Source: Cetorhinus maximus (Eukaryota). From it: a stretch of DNA of 64,000 bases. The stretch is taken from contig NC_135909.1 of assembly GCF_964194155.1 (NCBI RefSeq), forward strand, positions 15,128,001-15,192,000, given 5' to 3'. Positions within the stretch are counted from its first letter, which is position 1, and each line of letters opens with the position of its first letter. Under the pieces are notes generated by a model, which worked only from the letters and a program-made list of their open reading frames with translations, did not search any database and was not told the DNA's origin. This document shows positions 61,731 to 64,000 of the stretch, one piece after another. Both the position numbers and the translations under genes were made by a program.

Positions 61731-63189
61731 TTACTTTATCAACTGTTGCCGCCTTATTCCGGTGATTTTGCAGAAGCTCTGCCTGGAATCACTGATGTGA
61801 TTCTCCAACCCAAGTGATGAGGCCAGCTTGCTTCCACTTTTCTTGGAAGATCTTGGATTCGATACTTATGTTCACAATAACATGGGGATCCGACTTAGAG
61901 TCCATTCGACTTGACATTTCCATCTCTCTCTAAGGGGAACATTGGAGCAGTGGAAATATTCCGGGGACTTGGGTTCCTTTCCCGCCATCGTTGCTGATGG
62001 AAATTAAACTCAATAATTAAAACCTGCAATTAAACGCTAATCTCAGTGGTGGTTCACTGATGTCTTCCGTGGTCTGGCCTACAAATGAGTTTGATTCCTA
62101 GCTGCCCGCTGAGAAAGCCACAGAGTTCAAGGACAGTTTGGGATGTATAACAAAGACTGGCCTTGAGAGCGACGCTCACATTCCCTGAAATAATGTTTTA
62201 AAAGGGTGAATGCGCACCTCACTGATTGGATCTTCCATCAGCCCCTGTAATGGACAGACGTGTTGAATAATAAAGCGCTTTGTGACGTCAAGTAAAAGAT
62301 CAATTCAGAACAATTCAGTGAAACCGAGGCTCAAACCCACATCTGCGAACAGAAGGGAATCAGAATGTTGGCAGTTTTTACAGAGCGATATTGTTGAGCT
62401 GAATGTTCACACTGGAAGGCTGTAAAGTTCTTCATTGAAGGATGAGGCGCTGCTCCTCGAGCGAACCTTGAGCTTTATTGGAACATTTTGTGACTGGATT
62501 CAAACTCAAAATCCTGTCTCAATGACATGTCAAATAAAGTTGTCGGCTGCTTGAAAACACAGCAGTTAAACTTTCTGCCTGATCATGAGAGCGATTGTGA
62601 CATTTACAAAACTAAATCATTTGATAATATAGTTCAAAAACCATCAAGACTGAAAACCTATGAGGAAAAGGCAAGTTATTATTGAGAACTCTACTGAGAA
62701 AGCTGCATTGGACAGCACAGAAATCAGGTGAAGAGTCTGAGTAAATCGACACCAGTGAACAAGTCAACATCAAAACTGAGTCAACTCTTGTGAAGATCAA
62801 TGAGTAAAAGCTGAGTGCTCCGTGCACCATCAGCTCATCAAGTAGATGTATTGTCTGGATAAAGCGTTCTGTTTAGAACAGGATTTATTGACCTGAGTTG
62901 AGCAGGCACGTTATTGCAGAACAAATAAGTCACCTCTAGATTTTCCTTTGAAAACATAGAAACTAGGTGCAAACTTCTAGTTTGTTGATATATTAAATTG
63001 AAATAAACTGGAATTACAATGCAAATGAATTGATATTCAAAATCAAACCTTACTTTCAGGTAAATTACGTGGAGCAATTAAGTTACAAACAAGGACTCAA
63101 GTGACCTGTGAGCTCAAACACAGAGAGAGTAAATTTCAGAGTGAAGACTTAATAATGTCAATTTTTTGCAAGTGAGGGTTAAGTGCAGA

Positions 63190-63325
63190 GGGGAAGGAGC
63201 TGCTGTGTAATTTTAACCGAGATACTGCAGCAAAAGTACAAGAGGGAAGGAGTGGAACTCTTTAAATTTTAACTGAGAGACTACAGCAAAATTACAAGAG
63301 GGATTGAGTGGAACTCTCTAAATAA
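63190..63325. repeat. ~56-bp tandem repeat, 2-3 copies
   Basis: agagggaaggagtggaactct..aattttaactgaga.actacagcaaaa.tacaa recurs. Confidence 0.6.
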
Positions 63326-63469
63326 CGAGAACTTTAATTAAATAGACAACTCATTTCAGTGAAATGTTGGGACAGCTGAGAGCTGTTGCCTACACATCCT
63401 GTGCTCTGTGGGAACTCCAAATAAGACTGATGAAAATAGTCAGATTCATAATACATTAGCAAACCAAAC

Positions 63470-64000
63470 AGAATACAGAAAGTGCAGAGGAGAGATGGTA
63501 AAAGGAAATTAGATCAGAAGAGAGAGCGTATGAGAAAAGATTTGCAGGGACCAACTGAAAACACTGAAGATTTTTTTACCAACATAAGGGCAGTCACTGA
63601 AAGGGGGGCTGATTTGGAGATCCCGTGTGGGGAGAGGGCATGGCTGACGTACTAAATGAGAACATACAAACAAACTAATTAGCAGCAGGAGTAGGCCACT
63701 CAGCCCCTCGAGCCTGCTCCGCCATTCAGTAAGACCCTGCCTGATCTGATTGTAACCTCAACCTCACATTCCTGCCTACCCCCAATAACCTTTCACTCCC
63801 CCCCTTGTTAATCAAGAATCTATCTAACTCTGCCTTTAAAATATTCAAAGACTCTGCTTCCACCAGCTTTTGAGGAAGAGAGCTCCAAAGACGCTTGACC
63901 CTCGGATAGAAAAGAAACTCTGTCTGAAATAAGCGACCCCTTATTTCTAAACAGTGACCCCTGGTTCCAGATTCTGCTACAAGAGGAAACGTGCTCTCCA
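63470..64000. mobile_element. CR1 LINE fragments (ORF2 piece on +, 3' end on -)
   Basis: gagcgtatgagaaaaga..gagggcatggctgacgtactaaatga, then gcaggagtaggccactcagcccctcgagcctgctccgccattc typical of a CR1 3' UTR in reverse. Confidence 0.6.

Larger units (their letters stand above)
30058..62487. repeat. Tandem array of ~5-kb tRNA (Phe/Tyr/Pro/Ser)-bearing units
   Basis: The marker gaggctcaaacccacatctgcg occurs at ~30058, 35511, 37503, 42600, 52229, 57279 and 62326; the units are collinear. Confidence 0.93.

Overview
Eukaryotic vertebrate DNA, most likely a cartilaginous fish, judged from the SacSINE1/Deu-like SINEs, CR1, RTE and Penelope remnants and a 61-bp minisatellite. The left part (1.2-24 kb) is a replication-dependent-type histone cluster. 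It holds a very divergent but open H2B and H3 set head-to-head only 58 bp apart, a near-canonical H2A and H2B, and a tandemly duplicated, decaying H2A-H4-tRNA-Gly cassette. The right part (about 30-62.5 kb) is a tandem array of ~5-kb units. Each unit carries tRNA-Phe(GAA) 13-14 nt downstream of an intron-containing, 5'-dead tRNA-Tyr(GTA), plus a LINE RT fragment, a tRNA-Pro with an 18-nt insert at the canonical intron site, tRNA-Ser(GCT), a SINE, a near-invariant CRE/CCAAT/TATA-like block, a Penelope GIY-YIG remnant, a hammerhead-like SINE and a microsatellite. A processed C-factor-type SDR pseudogene interrupts the array. All calls were made by eye, without database searches, and repeat boundaries are approximate.
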